From assembly GCA_046563655.1 (NCBI GenBank), contig CM102283.1:7812001-7876000 (forward strand): a DNA stretch of 64,000 bases, in the 5' to 3' direction. Made by a program: the position numbers and the translations under genes. Below are positions 63,421-64,000 of this stretch, piece after piece. Position 1 is the stretch's first letter; the number at the start of each line of letters is the position of its first letter. Under the pieces are notes generated by a model. The model was not told the DNA's origin. It did no database searches and was given only the letters and a program-made list of their open reading frames with translations. Source of the DNA: Yuukianura sp. NJ FZ-2021 (taxonomy: Eukaryota).

Positions 63421-64000
63421 CTGAAAATTTATCCACAGGGATTAAGATCAACCTTTCACTTTTTACATTTTTCATGTTCAAGATCAGCATCACAGTGCTA
63501 TGGATTACTTGTCAGCGTTAGTTTAGGATTAAGTGCATGTCCAAGCTTATGAGTGCCAAATCCAACAAAAACTGCCAAGGCTTTTTAGTGCATTTAAGCA
63601 GTTTGAGAGTGAAACTTACTCCGACGTTCCTCCAGTAAAAATGAATAGGAATCAAAAGCAGCACCGAAGAAGCATCCACTTCCCATTGAATCAGAACCAG
63701 CAGAATCAAAAACATAATTTACAGGTAAGACTTACATGCGCATGCGTATTAAAAAGTGCGAAAAAGTTAAAAAAAAATACCCAATAGCTAAAAAAAGGAG
63801 AATTAAAAAAAAATCAAACACCCAAAAATTGAAATCCCAACGTTGGCAACAAGGAAGCAGAAAATCGGAAGAAGTGAAAATATCAAATTCAAAAACAACT
63901 AAAAAAAATATCACTCCACGTAGTTTTCAACCCAATTTCCAAATCGTTTCGTCTCTCCGATTTCAAAATTTGAATTCCCTGCAAATCGAATTCCTTTTCT

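Overview
This window is eukaryotic, intron-rich arthropod genomic DNA. The AT-rich sequence, many 55-90 nt GT-AG introns and gene content suggest a hexapod such as a springtail, which is an inference. There is no prokaryotic operon, CRISPR array, rRNA or tRNA. Gene models were assembled by hand from splice sites and reading-frame phase: an unknown Ser-rich gene (+); the TORC2 subunit SIN1 (-); the nuclear receptor ftz-f1/NR5A3 (+, about 22 kb, two alternative first coding exons); a 318-bp fold-back tandem repeat; a secreted bacterial-type beta-helix protein (-, horizontal-transfer candidate); a TMEM272-like gene (-); two orphan secreted proteins (+), one a 17-exon Gly/Ala/Ser-rich repeat precursor; a scramblase-like gene (-); a GH65 PGGHG/ATHL1 glucosidase (+); a UDP-glycosyltransferase (-); and the 3' part of protein kinase N (-). 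The most interesting signals are the repeat precursor with four NQ-ladder modules and basic linkers, dense nuclear-receptor elements around ftz-f1, a candidate kinase-only PKN isoform, the HGT-like beta-helix gene and the palindromic satellite. No database searches were run; family calls rest on recognised motifs.
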